Assembly: GCA_002104905.1 (NCBI GenBank)
Contig: MCFE01000267.1
Location: forward strand, 43,627 to 107,626
Origin: Basidiobolus meristosporus CBS 931.73
Taxonomy: Eukaryota > Fungi > Basidiobolomycota
Direction: 5' to 3'
DNA length: 64,000 bases
Below the pieces are notes generated by a model that saw only the letters and a list, made by a program, of their open reading frames with translations, ran no database searches and had not been told where the DNA came from. Positions 48,719 to 60,907 of the stretch are shown piece after piece. The translations under genes were made by a program, and so were the position numbers. Every line of letters starts with the position of its first letter. Within the stretch, counting starts at the first letter, position 1.

Positions 48719-50862
48719 TGTAGTGGGGTGACAGTGACACCTACTGACAGATGTCCTCATTCCCATATTTTCTACTTCCCTATTTCTCTACTACACTTAT
48801 TTTAATTTTATCCCATTTGTCTTACCTGATCAGTACTATCCCATAAGCTGGTTGACTATCACACCTGCTTACCTTATTGCATAGGTTGTCCCTCACTTAA
48901 TGTAAGATTACTAGCAGCAAGTGCTTCTATATTAGGCAAGTACCTGCATCAGTACCTGTGACACATGATCAACCTGTGTCAGCATCCCTGCCATTTCCAT
49001 ACCATATATGGTATCCCTATGTTACATAGATCTCATGGTACTGACTCCTGACTGATTGAATGTGCTGTGCCTCTTAGAACCTTCCGGCACCTACTTAGAA
49101 CATTCTTAGGTCATTCTAATGTCATTAAGATTTCTATTGATATGTGGAACCTTCTGAAACACTGTGATTTGTTATCACTTAGCAAGTGAGAAAAGTACAT
49201 AAGGGAGGCTATGCCTCAACAATAAATCATCATCCCTTTTATCAATATACCAACTTGTTGATTAGTGTGATCACTGCTACCTGCTGCTACCTGAACTTCC
49301 AACCCTAGACCACAGAACACTCCCAGGAAACCACACTAATAGCCAACTGACCTTGGAGGCACTACTTGTGAGGTATACTCAGAGTAGGTATCTTTTGTTA
49401 CACTTGATTCTTTCCCAAGTTTGTTCTTGTAGGGGCAAAGATACTTTTCTGTCTTTGTAACTATTGATCACCGCTGTGGTGGTGTATAGGTCCAAGGGAG
49501 AGATACGTCCAACACTTCTCAAGTGTTTTGTGTGTGGGGTGTTCACTGGGTGTAATAACCTCTGGCAAAAGCTTGCTAGGAATACTTGGGTTTTGTCTCT
49601 AATCTAATGTGAAGGGGAATAAAGCCACAAGCTTGTCAAGGGAAAACTATTGAGCTACAATCCCCAACTTAGTTGGCGTCTTAACAAAAGTATGTGCTGG
49701 GTTCAGCGTCCTTTGAGATGACAATGTACTAAAGCTTCCAAAGTCAAAACAACTGTAAACTCCACCAGCAGGGACTTGATAAAAATGCAGCTGTGGTCAA
49801 TAGTTACAAAGACAGAAAAGTATCTTTGCCTGTACAAGAACAAACTTGGGAAAGAATCAAATAAAATAAAAGATACCTACTCTGAGTATTCCTCACAAGT
49901 AGTGCCTCCAAGGTCAGTTGGCTGTCAGCGCAGTTTCCTGGGAGTGTCCTGTGGTCTAGGGTTGGAAGTTCAGGTAGCAGCAGGTAGCAATGATCACACT
50001 AATCAACAAGTTGGTATATTGATAAAAGGGATGATGATTTATTGTTGAGGGATAGCCTCCCTTATATACTTTTCTCACTGGCTAAGTGATTACTAATCAT
50101 GGTGTTCCAGAAGGTTCCGGAGATCAATAGAAATCTTAATGACATCATAATGACCTAAGAATGTTCTAAGTAGGTGCCGGAAGGTTCTAAGAGGCACAGC
50201 ACATTCAACCAATCAGGAATCAGTATTCTGAAACCTGTGTAACATGGGGATACCATATATGGTATGGAAATGGTAGGGATGGTGACATGGGCTGATCATG
50301 TGTCACTGGTACTGGCGCGGGTACTTGCCTAATATAGAAGTACTTATAGCTAGTAATTTTACATAAAGTGAGGGGTAACTTATGCAATAAGGTAAGCAGG
50401 TGTGATAGTCAACTGGCTTATGGGATAGTACTGATTGGGTAAGACAAATGGGATAAAACTAAAATAAGTATAGTAGAGATATAGGGAAGTAGAAAATAAG
50501 GGAATGAGCACATCTGTCAGTGGGTGTCACTGTCACCCCACTACACCACTGCATTCTTATCAGGTCCCTGCTGGTGGAGTTTACAGTTGTTTTGACTTTG
50601 GAAGCTTTAATACATTGTCATCTCAAAGGATGCTGAACCCAGCACATACTTTTGTTAAGATGCAACTAAGTTGGGGATTGTAGCTCAATAGTTCTCCCTT
50701 GACAAGCTTGTGGCTTTATTCTCCATCACATTAGATTAGAGACAGAATCCAAGTACTCCTAGCAAGCTTTTGCTAGAGATTATTGCACCCAGTGAACACC
50801 CCACACACAAAACACTTGAGAAGTGTGGATGTATCTCTCCCTTAGACTTATACACCACCACA
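48719..50862 (+). mobile_element. Family G solo LTR (outer), TSD GCAT/GTGT
   Basis: TGTAGTGGGG...CACCACCACA, split by a second LTR. Confidence 0.9.
49475..50545 (-). mobile_element. Family G solo LTR (inner, inverted), TSD CCGC/CCAC
   Basis: 1071 bp TGTGGTGGTG...CCCCACTACA inside the outer LTR. Confidence 0.92.
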
Positions 50863-52392
50863 GTGTACAAGGGAGACAATGTGGTGTTTATACTAAAGCC
50901 TAAATATCCAAAGACATTGAAGATCCATGAAGCCATTGAGTGCAATAATGAAGAGTGGGCTAATATACAAGAGACAGTCAGAAGTCTAGTATGCCATCAC
51001 CTTAAGATTGTCCTACCATAGGACCATTAGGAACTCAAGGCCAAGCCAAATGCACTTGATCTGTTCCATGAGCATCATCCTGAATTTAAACAGGCAAACA
51101 GATTTTGGGCCAGCATTGGTATATTAAGAGAGTGTCTTAAGACTCACAGAAACTATAAAAAGCAGAAGAGCAAGGGTGCCATGGCTAAAGACCAGCAGCT
51201 TCCTAAAGAGTCTGTTACAAGCAGGACCCAAAGCTCCAGACAAGCATCAAAAAGACATCAGGTAGCTGAAAGAGTGCCAATTAGGGACAAGTATGCAGAC
51301 ATGGATGCACCAGCACAACATTTATCAAGGAAAAAGTGTGGTGCCACTCAAGAAGCACCCAGTCAAAGTTGTAGTGAAAGACCTGGCAGTGATAAAGGAA
51401 AAGGTAAAGGGAAAATGTCTGCCCCTGCTTGAGACAAGCAGGCATGCAAAAAAAACTGCAGTCCTTGCCAATTAATGTCACAAGCCAGGAAAAGACTGAA
51501 TCCCATCATAGCCAAGAAGAATTACTAATAAGAAAACAGCTGTTTTCACAAGAGTTGGAAGCTCAGCCAGTTGAGCTACACTCCAGCAAGGTAGATGAGT
51601 TTGCAGAAAAAGGCAATTTGTCTACCACAGCCTCCACATCCTTCATTGTTGACAGAGTAGAGATCTCACTGACAGACAAGACTACAATGTCAAGAGCTCA
51701 AAAGACTATCACAATGCCTTCAGTGGAATCTTGGAGCAGCAATAGGCACACCAAGAGGTTGCAGCACTTCTGCAAGAGCAGTGCTCAAGAAAATGCACTG
51801 GAATATTGCACGGATTTATTGCAAAGACTGGCAGATGAGGAGCTAGACCCTGCAGTGCTGGCTGAAGACCAGGACATGTGGGAACCAGTGAATGAACAGT
51901 TGCATAAAGCCATTGGGTTCCTGCCAAAGTTGTGGAACCAGAGCGTTACAGCAGAAATACTTATTGAGTGGTGGATTTTAGTGGAGTTACTTGTTGAGTG
52001 TGGGGCTGAGCTTAATGTTAGTGTAGGGTACAGGGACTTGTTTAGGCCAATACAATTGGCAATTGAGATACAACTGATGTTTCAACGGCAATAAATTAAT
52101 ATGTACACATGGCAAGTAGGAGAGATGGTTGAGTCAGGAAGTAAGGAGTGGGAAAAAGAGGCAATAGAGTGACTGGGATCAGAAAGTGAGTAAATTGGCA
52201 AGGAATCAATCAAAAGCCACTTATGCATTGTGGTGATGAAAAATTTTTACCAAGTTTTTTGTGAAATCTGGGGTGCAATTATTTTTCAACAGTCTCTGGA
52301 TGGTGTCCTTATGGGATCAGTACCTCTTAGTCTTGGGACTTTAACTTTGTGATGGCCTTCTGATAGGATCATCTCAATAACTTTTCATAGGG

Positions 52393-54145
52393 TAAGCCAT
52401 TGGCCAGAATATGGAATTAATTGAAAACCAGAGATAACTAGGATAGAGGGTATCTGTGGCAGCAAAAGCTTTCCACTGGGAGTAATGCATTTGCTTTTCA
52501 ACAATATCCATATACTGATGACCAAGTTGTTAATGGGGCATCTCAAGCTAAATGCGCCCTTTGAGATACCAGAGAAATTTGGAATAATTGGCAAGGTATT
52601 ATAGAGTATCCTCTACCCTACGTACTTCTCACAGGCTCCAATCAACACTCATATGCATATACAACAATACAAGTGCAAGGACTGGATGAACTGGATGTGT
52701 ATTTAATCAAGTGTCCTTCTGAAGCCATTTCTACCAAGAGTGCATTGGAAGCATTGGGAGGCATATGAGGACACTATAGGAACATTTATACAGTAGTGGA
52801 TCACTAATGCCAACATGATGCATCTATAGCTTTTGTGCAAAGAGTTTGTAACAGGATTTGAGTGGCTATACTACATACATAAAGCTGACTGCATAGATCT
52901 CTGCCACTACAGTATCCATTTGCTACTCCTTCTTGCTTGGTGTGTTGAGAATATTGGACCTTGCTTCACCTTTTGGGAGTGTCCTATGGAATGGATGTGT
53001 GGGGAGATAGGAAGATGAGTCAAGTTGCAGGTGCTACCATATCCCAGTCTCATCAAGAATATTACCTTTAATTCTGTCATGGATATGATGAATTGACATG
53101 TGGCAGACAGCCAGGAAGAGTTGGATAATACTAGGGACAGATGTACACATGGAGACACCTATGGCTATGACATTAAGAAGCCAAGCAGCCCCAATGCATG
53201 GGTACTCAGTTAAGTAATGCAAAGTTGGGTTGGGTGCAACAAGCAGCTAATTTTAATTAGGAAAGCTCTACCAAGGTATGCAGGATTTCTTTTGGTCACA
53301 AGCTAACTTTCACACCATTCAATATGGAACTAACACAAACAAGAGCCAGAATACACCTGTAGGGGGACTAGTATCCAGCAGGGAGAAGGGATATATTGAC
53401 TAAATACCAAAAAGCTCTTTGTGGATACTTAGGAGGTATTCATGGCAGAAGTGGTGGCAACCAAGCAGATATTTGCAAGATGCATTTGTTACCAGCAGTA
53501 CAAGGTATATGGCAACTTTGCAAGCATCAAACCAAAAAGCTGTAAAGTTGAGGTCATAGAAGTATGTCAATGGTGGCAGGTGTGTGTGTTTGTAGAGGTT
53601 AGTAAGTAGGAGGCCAAATTTTTTTTGATTCAAGCTATATGTGAAATACCCAATGAAGTAGTGGGTAAGCAAATCAAGAGGGGTGATTCTACAGTGGAAT
53701 ATATGAATTGCACAAGGGGAGGTAGAAAAAGGAAATACCATTTGGTAAATTGGTATGATAGCACTATACAGAACTAGCTGTAGGCTGCCATACTGCTGTG
53801 ATAATGCCTTCAGAGGCTTGCAAAGAGGCTGTCAAAACACCAGCAAGTTTTTTGCCAGATAAGGCAACTGGATGTACTGGCTAGTTAGATCCATTCAAGT
53901 AGCTGTAAGAGCACTAAGACTGCAATAATGTCATGCCACCCATAGCAATACACTGTACAAACACCATTATATTTTATCAACTTTATTTGGCTGTTAAATT
54001 AGCAAAATGCCATTGTGATCCTGTCACAAGATTGTGTAGATGATCATTAATTCCAAACTGCTGGTATAATAGCAGTCTCCTGACAGAAGCATGACAGCTG
54101 ATCTGGATCAGATCTACCTGCAACACCAAATTATTTTTCATAGGG
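52393..54145. mobile_element. CMC copy E6: transposase C-half (plus) and end A
   Basis: Starts mid-transposase (AISHWPEYG region), stop near 53212, ends CCAAATTATTTTTCATAGGG at 54145. Confidence 0.85.
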
Positions 54146-55043
54146 ATGATCAAGAGCCTGGAACTGCCAGATTGATCTTTTTTTGGATTCACTAAGTAAT
54201 CAAGGAAGTACTGCTGACTATAGTATCTAATTTAAGTCAGACTGAGCAAGTCCCTACATGTGTATGATGGCTTTATAGCCACCAATAAGTAATATATATG
54301 GAAAGAGACCAAAATCATTCTATACAAGGAACTCAAGAATACCACACTAGAAGAGTACAGTAGGCTTGTTCCATCATTCCAGCTGATCATAGTGCCCAAT
54401 AGTGCCATAGCATGCCAGATTGTGCCTGATTGTGCCACAAAGTGCCAGAGGGTGCCATACAATGCCAATTTTGGATCAAAATTGATATGTATATGACCCT
54501 AAAATATCAAATTAATAACAAAATATACAGCACTTTCTGGCACTATGATCAATGTCACAATGGAACAAGTCTAGTTACTACTCAGGAATAACATTCTCCA
54601 TAGACAGAAGTACCCACACTATTACCCTAAGCAAGTACATGTATATTTATAATCTTAAAAGAAGCACTTGGGACACTCTAAGCTGTTTGCTATCTAAATG
54701 CAGACTAACCTTAGTTTGGCCAAACTCAGCCAGATCAAGAGAGCTTGGTGCTATCTGAAAGCCCTGACTTCCTTTACCAGTCTATGCTGAGCAGCTTGAT
54801 AAATATCTAGCTTGGAATATATATAGATATCTCATATCTGGCGGGAGTTTTCAGCAACCTCAATTAGAATTAAGGATCTGATCATATTGCAGTGGATAAG
54901 TGGACTTTTTGATACATAAAAGGAGCTGCTAATATCTGCTAAATGTACACCTATAAGGATTTAGAGCAGGATCTTGAGGGACACTCTGATGCTGATTGGG
55001 TCCAAAAGTCTGAAGACAGAAGTTCCACCACAGTAGACACACT
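54146..55043 (+). pseudogene. Old copia family D RT/RNase H remnant
   Basis: SYYSGITFSIDRSTHTITLSK and HSDADW match the 56930-58821 copy. Confidence 0.7.
54362..54572. mobile_element. 211-bp MITE of the IS5/Harbinger-like family, TSD AGT
   Basis: AGGCTTGTTCCATC...ATGGAACAAGTCT flanked by AGT/AGT; many GTGCCA subterminal motifs. Confidence 0.9.
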
Positions 55044-55588
55044 AGACTAATTCTGTTGACTAGTGCCACATTGAGCCATGAGTGCCAAGTAATGCCATAG
55101 TGTACCAGAGAGGCAATGTATGCCTGTACTTGGCTACAGATTGTGAAGTATAATTCTGCATCTGCATGTAAAGCAGCTCCTGTACTCTATCTACTGTGCT
55201 GGCAAGATTTGTTTTTTGACCATTTTTTTTGGGATTAATGTTGTGCACAATGTAAAAGAGCCTATCACTTTTGGGATATTTCAAGGTGCTAATTCAGGCT
55301 CAACTGCAGTTGCAGAGTTATCTGGAGTTTGCATTCTCTTAATGTTCTGCTCTGATTCCATCCTGACTGTTTGCAGATTTGAGAATGAATTTTTGTTATT
55401 ATCCGGTATCATTTTTGTGAAATTTTGAATTTTCATCAAGCAACACATCCCCAAACTTTATGAGCTTCTTTGCATTGACATTGTAGAGTCTGTATGTCTT
55501 TATCTTGTTGTAGTAGCACAAGAGTATGCATTTATGCTTTTTGGTCCTAATATTGACTGATTTTTAAGATGTTTCCTGACATATACAT

Positions 55589-55907
55589 CCCTATGAAAAT
55601 CTCAAACTTAAAATTCATCTGATTTCTAGCTGGTATTCTGCTGGTATTCAAATGGTATTTTGCTGGTATTCAGCTGGTGTTTTTGGTTCAAAACTTCACA
55701 TGCAATTTTTGATAGAAATAATGGGCAGCTAATTACCAAACTTGGTTTGGATGCTAATTGGCCTAGTCTCCTCCTGGAGAGCTAGTTTGCTTGCCTGCTC
55801 ATCAGCTAACAACAGAGATACTGAGAGTATCAATTTGGAGAAACTTGGAATTCAGCTGATATTATGATGGTATCTTACTGGTCTTTACTTAATTTTTCTT
55901 CTCAGGG
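55589..55907. mobile_element. CCCTA-terminal MITE, 2-bp TSD AT
   Basis: CCCTATGAAAA...TTCTCAGGG; inverted homologue of 3409-3730. Confidence 0.85.
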
Positions 55908-55996
55908 ATGCTATGCAACAAGGTATTCCTAAGTGCTCTGTACTTGAGATGTATACACACTATACCTCAAATGGAGCAGAATCATCTAGAATTCTT

Positions 55997-56527
55997 CTAT
56001 AACTCCTGTTTCCAACATAAATAGCTGTGACAACTAATTCTGCCAAAGATACAAGATAATTGTTGATTAAGGTTCATTGTGCTTGCCTTATCAGTTGTTG
56101 ATCTGTTAGTATGTTCTGACACTCCATTTTTCTGTGGGGAATATTGTAAGATAGTCACTTGCTTTATTACATATATTTTGCAATAGTGAATGAAGAGTTT
56201 TGATGTATATTCTCTTTCATTGTCACAATGTATTTTTTTGATATTTTTACCAGCTTCCTTCTTCACCATGGCTTTAAACTCTCTGGACTTAGTTGCAGCT
56301 TTTTCTTTTCTCTCCTTTTGGTAGACCCACTTGTAACTTGTATAATCATCAGTAAATGTGACCAAATACTTCATTCTGCTTAAGGAAAAATTTAGTAAAT
56401 GGCTGTGCAGATCTGAGTAATATAGATCTAATTTTAACATTAAGGCAAATGCAGTTAAAGGCACCTTGTACTTTCTTCCGGTACTCTGAGGCTTCCTCTC
56501 CCACGTTTTTAGGAGGGTATTTTTATA
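55997..56527 (-). pseudogene. Copia integrase core fragment
   Basis: YLVTFTDDYTSY, IHCDNEREY, YSPQKNGVSEH motifs. Confidence 0.8.
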
Positions 56528-56586
56528 TTTGTATCCATTCTCCACTCCACCTTATTCAGTGTGTAGAGAACATAGGACCATGCTTT

Positions 56587-58772
56587 TGTTGTAAGAGTCT
56601 TGGAGATATTGGAAGTGATTTGGAGAACAAGTACAGTATGTGGTTTTCACTTAAAGATTTATTGAATGTAAAAGTAGTATTTATACTTTTACCTGGTCTT
56701 GGCATTACAAACATGTAGAATAGGCTAAGGAGGGTCCCAAGAGCATGTGTGCAAAGTTTGGGGCTGTTTGGACAACTTTGAGAATTTTCATGTTCTGGGT
56801 AAATATTCTAAGTAAATCCCAACAAGGAATTTGGTTGGTATTCTCTAGGATTTGAAGGTGATGATCTAAGTGACTAAGTTAGGTGAATATTTAGGTGGAA
56901 ATACAAATTTTTACAACACTCCCACTCAGCTAAATGCTCATACTGACTAGTCCTAATTTTGACCTAAGATATTCAAACTTGTCTCTAGCTAATGGTTTGG
57001 TAAATATGTCTGCAATCATTTCATCTGTAGGACAGTAAGCTAAGCTAACTAAGTTATTCTCTATAGCTTCACGTATGAAATGATGTCCAGTATCTATGTG
57101 CTTGGTTCTAGCATGAAAAGTTGGATTTCTACCTAATTGTATACATCCTTGATTATCTTGAAATAAAGTAATAGGTGTTTTTTGACATAGGCCTAAATCT
57201 ATAAAAAGTTTTCTTAACCACATTGCTTCTTTTGTAGCTTCACAGGCTGCCGTATACTCTGCCTCTGTGGTGGAAATTGCTACGGTTGGTTGCTTTCTTG
57301 AATTCCATGAAATTGCTCCTTTACAGTAAAGAAAGGAGTATCCTGTGGTAGATCTTCTGTCTTCTAAATTTTGTCCCCAATCAGCATCAGAGTATCCCAC
57401 AAGATCCTGTTCTGAATCCTTATAAGTGTATCTTAAGCAGATATCAGTAGTTTCTTTTAGGTATCTTAAAATCTGCTTAACTGCTGCAATATGATCAGAT
57501 CCATAGTTCTGATATGTTGGCTGACAACTCCCACTGAATATGAGATATCTGGACATGTTCCAAGCATGATATACATCAGTCTGCCAGCCATAGATTGATA
57601 AGGAAAGTCAGGGCTTTCAGATAGCACCAAGCTCTCTTGATTTGGTTGAGTTTTGACCAAGTTAAGGTTTGTCTCCATGGGGTAGCTGCCGGTTTACAGT
57701 CTTCCATTTTGTACTTCTTTAGTATATCTTGAATATACTTGGATTGGCTTAGGGTGATAGTCTGGGTACTTCTGTCTATGGAGAACGTAATCCCTAAGTA
57801 GTAACTAAGTTCTCCTAGATCGGACATCTTGAACTCCTTATATAGGCTGGATTTAGTCTCTTCCAATATTTCTAGGTTATTGGCGGCTATAATAAGATCA
57901 TCCACATATAGAGCTAATAGAACTGGATTTGCTCTATCTGGCTTATAGTATATACTAGACTTGTTCCATTGTGCCATTGATCATAGTGCCAGAGAGTGCT
58001 GTATATTTTGTTATTAATTTGATATTTTAGGGTCATATGCATGTCAATTTTGATCCCAAATTGGCACTGTATGGCACCATCTGGCACTCTGTGGCATGAT
58101 CAGGCACCATCTGGCATGCTATGGCACTATTGGGCACTATGATCAGCCGGAATGATGGAACAAGTCTACTATAGTCAGCATTACTCCTTTTGAAACTCAA
58201 AGATTCCAAATAAGAATCTATCTTGCAATTCTAGGCTCTTGGTGATTGTTTGAGACCATATAGTGACTTTTTAAGCTTGCAGACCAAATGAGGGTTATCT
58301 TGGTCAACAAACCCATCAGGCTGGTCCATATACATGTCCTCATCAAGTTCTCCATTCAAAAATGCAGTTTTTACATCCATTTGATGAATAAAAAACTTAT
58401 ATTTTGCTGCAATAGCCAATATTGATCTGATGGGATTAAACTTGGCTACTGGTGCAAAGGTCTCAGTATAGTCAAGTCCTTTTGTTTGAGAGTATCCTTT
58501 AGCCACAAGTCTTGCTTTGTATCTTTCAATTGTACCATCAGCCTTGTATTTTGTCTTGAAGACCCATCTGCATCCAATTGATTTTAGGTTGATTGGTAAT
58601 TTGACCAAGTCCCAAGTTTGATTTTCCATCAGTGCCTGATATTCCTCAGTCATTGCAGATCTCCAAAACTTTGTCTGAGGGCTATTTAGGGCCTCTTTTA
58701 CAGTCTGGGGTTCATCAATATGGACTGAATAGGCATAGGCTAAGTTTGTACCCTCATTGATATAGTAATTTG
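56587..58772 (-). mobile_element. Copia family D 3' half (RT, RNase H, PPT, 3' LTR 56587-56918)
   Basis: [43 protein letters not shown]; PPT GAGTGGGAG at 56919-56927. Confidence 0.9.
57957..58167. mobile_element. 211-bp MITE of the IS5/Harbinger-like family, TSD ACT
   Basis: AGACTTGTTCCATT...GATGGAACAAGTCT; removal restores RT ...ADYSIYYKP. Confidence 0.92.
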
Positions 58773-60386
58773 TGTTGTAAAAATTTGTATTTCCACCTAA
58801 ATATTCACCTAACTTAGTCACTTAGATCATCACCTTCAAATCCTAGAGAATACTGACCAAATTCCTTGTCAGGATTTACTTAGAATATTTTCACCAAAAT
58901 ACCAGGTACCCAGAACATGAAAATTCTCAAAGTTGTCCAAACAGCCCCAAACTTTGCACACATGTTCTTGGGACCTTCCTTAACCTATTCTACGTGTTTG
59001 TAATGCCAAGACCATGTAAAAGTATAAATACTACTTTTACATTCATTAAATCATTAAGTGAAAACCACATAATCTACTTGTTCTCCCAATCACTTCCAAT
59101 ATCCCCAAGACTCTTACAACAGGTTATGAGCCCCAAGCTGTCACTCTCTGCAATGTCTACTACTGCTATTACTGGAATTTTTCCCTCTGCTGAAAAGTTG
59201 GATGGCTCTAACTACCAAGTGTGGAAGGTGAAGATGAAGATGCTGCTACAAGAAAGAGGTCTTTGTGATATTGTCATGGGAGAAGAATGCCCTCCTAAAA
59301 ACATGGGAGAGGAAGCCTTAAAGTACCAGAAGAAAGAACAAAGTGCCTTTAACCGCATTTGCCTTAATGTCATGGACAAATTGCTAATTCAATGCTCAAG
59401 AGCAAAAATGGCAAAGAATGCCTGGAAAGCATTGGAAGACACCTACCAGTCATGTTCAGCTGCCAAGAAAATGTATCTGAGAAGAAAATTCTTTACTACA
59501 AAGATGCTGCCAGGAGAAGAAATGAAAAATCTGATTAACAGAATTACCCTGCTGGTAGATGAGATGGAATCTGTGGGCGTACCAACTACCGATGAGGATG
59601 TGATAGTTACCATCCTGAATAGCCTGAAAGACGAGTTTCAGGGCCTTGTATCAGCCCTAGAGTCCAGAACTGAAGATTTGACCTTAAATTACATATATGG
59701 AAGGCTCCTGGATGAAGAATTAAGAAAATCAAGCGCCAATAAGAAGGAAGAAGAAAATGCTTTAATAAGCAATGATAACCAACAAAGGAGGTACCCAAGA
59801 CCCTACAAAGGCAACAGCAATCTATTTTGCAACTACTGCAAAAAGAAAGGACACACATCAGACTGGTGTCTCAAAAAGAGAGATTATCAGCAAAAGAAGC
59901 CTGAATATGGAAATGCTGCAACAACTGAAGATAGACTATTCATATCTGCACTAAATATGACCACAAACAAGGATTCTCAGATGTGGTATATTGACTCTGG
60001 AGCATCTCAACACTTTACACACCAAAAAGAACTTTTTACCCAATATCAAGAAATTCCAATTAAGAAGGTTTTCATGGGTGACGATAGAACACTTGATGCA
60101 GTGGGAGAAGGAACTATCCAAGTAAACCTTAGAAGCAGTGAAGGAAGCCATACACTGACCTTTAAAGAAGTACTCTATGTACCAGAAATAGCCAAGAACC
60201 TACTCTCTGTAAGCAAGGCCACAGCAGAAGGACTCAGTTTCAGTTTTGACAATTCTGGATGCAGGATCACTGATCAAAATGGTGCCCATATTGCTTTGGG
60301 CATCAGAGATCAGAATCTATACAAGTTGACTTATATTCCATCATATCTGGAAGCCAATATAAGTAACTTAAATGAAGAAACACCAA
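58773..60386 (+). mobile_element. Copia family D 5' part (LTR 58773-59121, PBS, gag-PR), truncated by a chromovirus
   Basis: LTR is the reverse complement of 56587-56918; PBS GGTTATGAGCCC at 59122. Confidence 0.9.
59126..60386 (+). CDS. gag: Copia D gag-protease, open frame, 3'-truncated
   Basis: KLDGSNYQVW, CNYCKKKGHTSDWC knuckle, WYIDSGASQH, VLYVPEIAKNLLSV. Confidence 0.8.
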
Positions 60387-60907
60387 TGTTATGAATAGAC
60401 ACAAGGTAGGAGGAAAAGCTAGGCACGGCAAGAAAGGACTTAGGTGTGGACCATCAAGGCAAGGCAGGATTCAAGGCAAGGCTGTTTATTCAAGACCTGT
60501 GTTTATCAGACTGAGGAATACTTAAGGGGGGATAGGACTATATATACTTTTTGGCTATATTGATGCCGAGATATGTTAGCTAATACTAATGGGGTTGTGG
60601 GGTGAGGCACAGCAATGGTGCTGGGGATAATGACATAGATGACACGGTACTGAGACAGGATGGGGAAATGGATTGGGTCACCTGATCATGTGACTAAGTC
60701 ATGTGACCTGGTATTTCCATATATGGTACTGGACTATAAAAAATACGATGGAAAGCTTCCATGGAATGTTCCATTGTGTAACAATGGTTTGGAATGGTCA
60801 GGAACTTTCTGGAAGGTGGTAGAAGGTTCCGGAAGGAATCTCTTAGAAATTGAGCTGGGAAGCTGAAACTTGGCATGGGTGTTCATGGTTGTCGTGTGAT
60901 CATGACA
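60387..60907 (-). repeat. Chromovirus 3' LTR (521 bp)
   Basis: TGTTATGA...TCATGACA inverted termini; preceded on minus by PPT GGAAGAGGAGAATAG. Confidence 0.85.

Larger units (their letters stand above)
48094..52094 (+). pseudogene. CMC ORF2 of E5, interrupted by nested LTRs
   Basis: ATGCTGCCAAAAAAT start; fragments 48163-48579, 50867-51432, 51429-52094. Confidence 0.8.
41532..52392. mobile_element. CMC copy E5 with both termini (about 5.5 kb without nested insertions)
   Basis: CCCTATGAAAGATAATTTGG at 41532 and TTTTCATAGGG at 52392 (CMCWR-type TIR); flanks TT versus TA come from different host copies. Confidence 0.85.
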
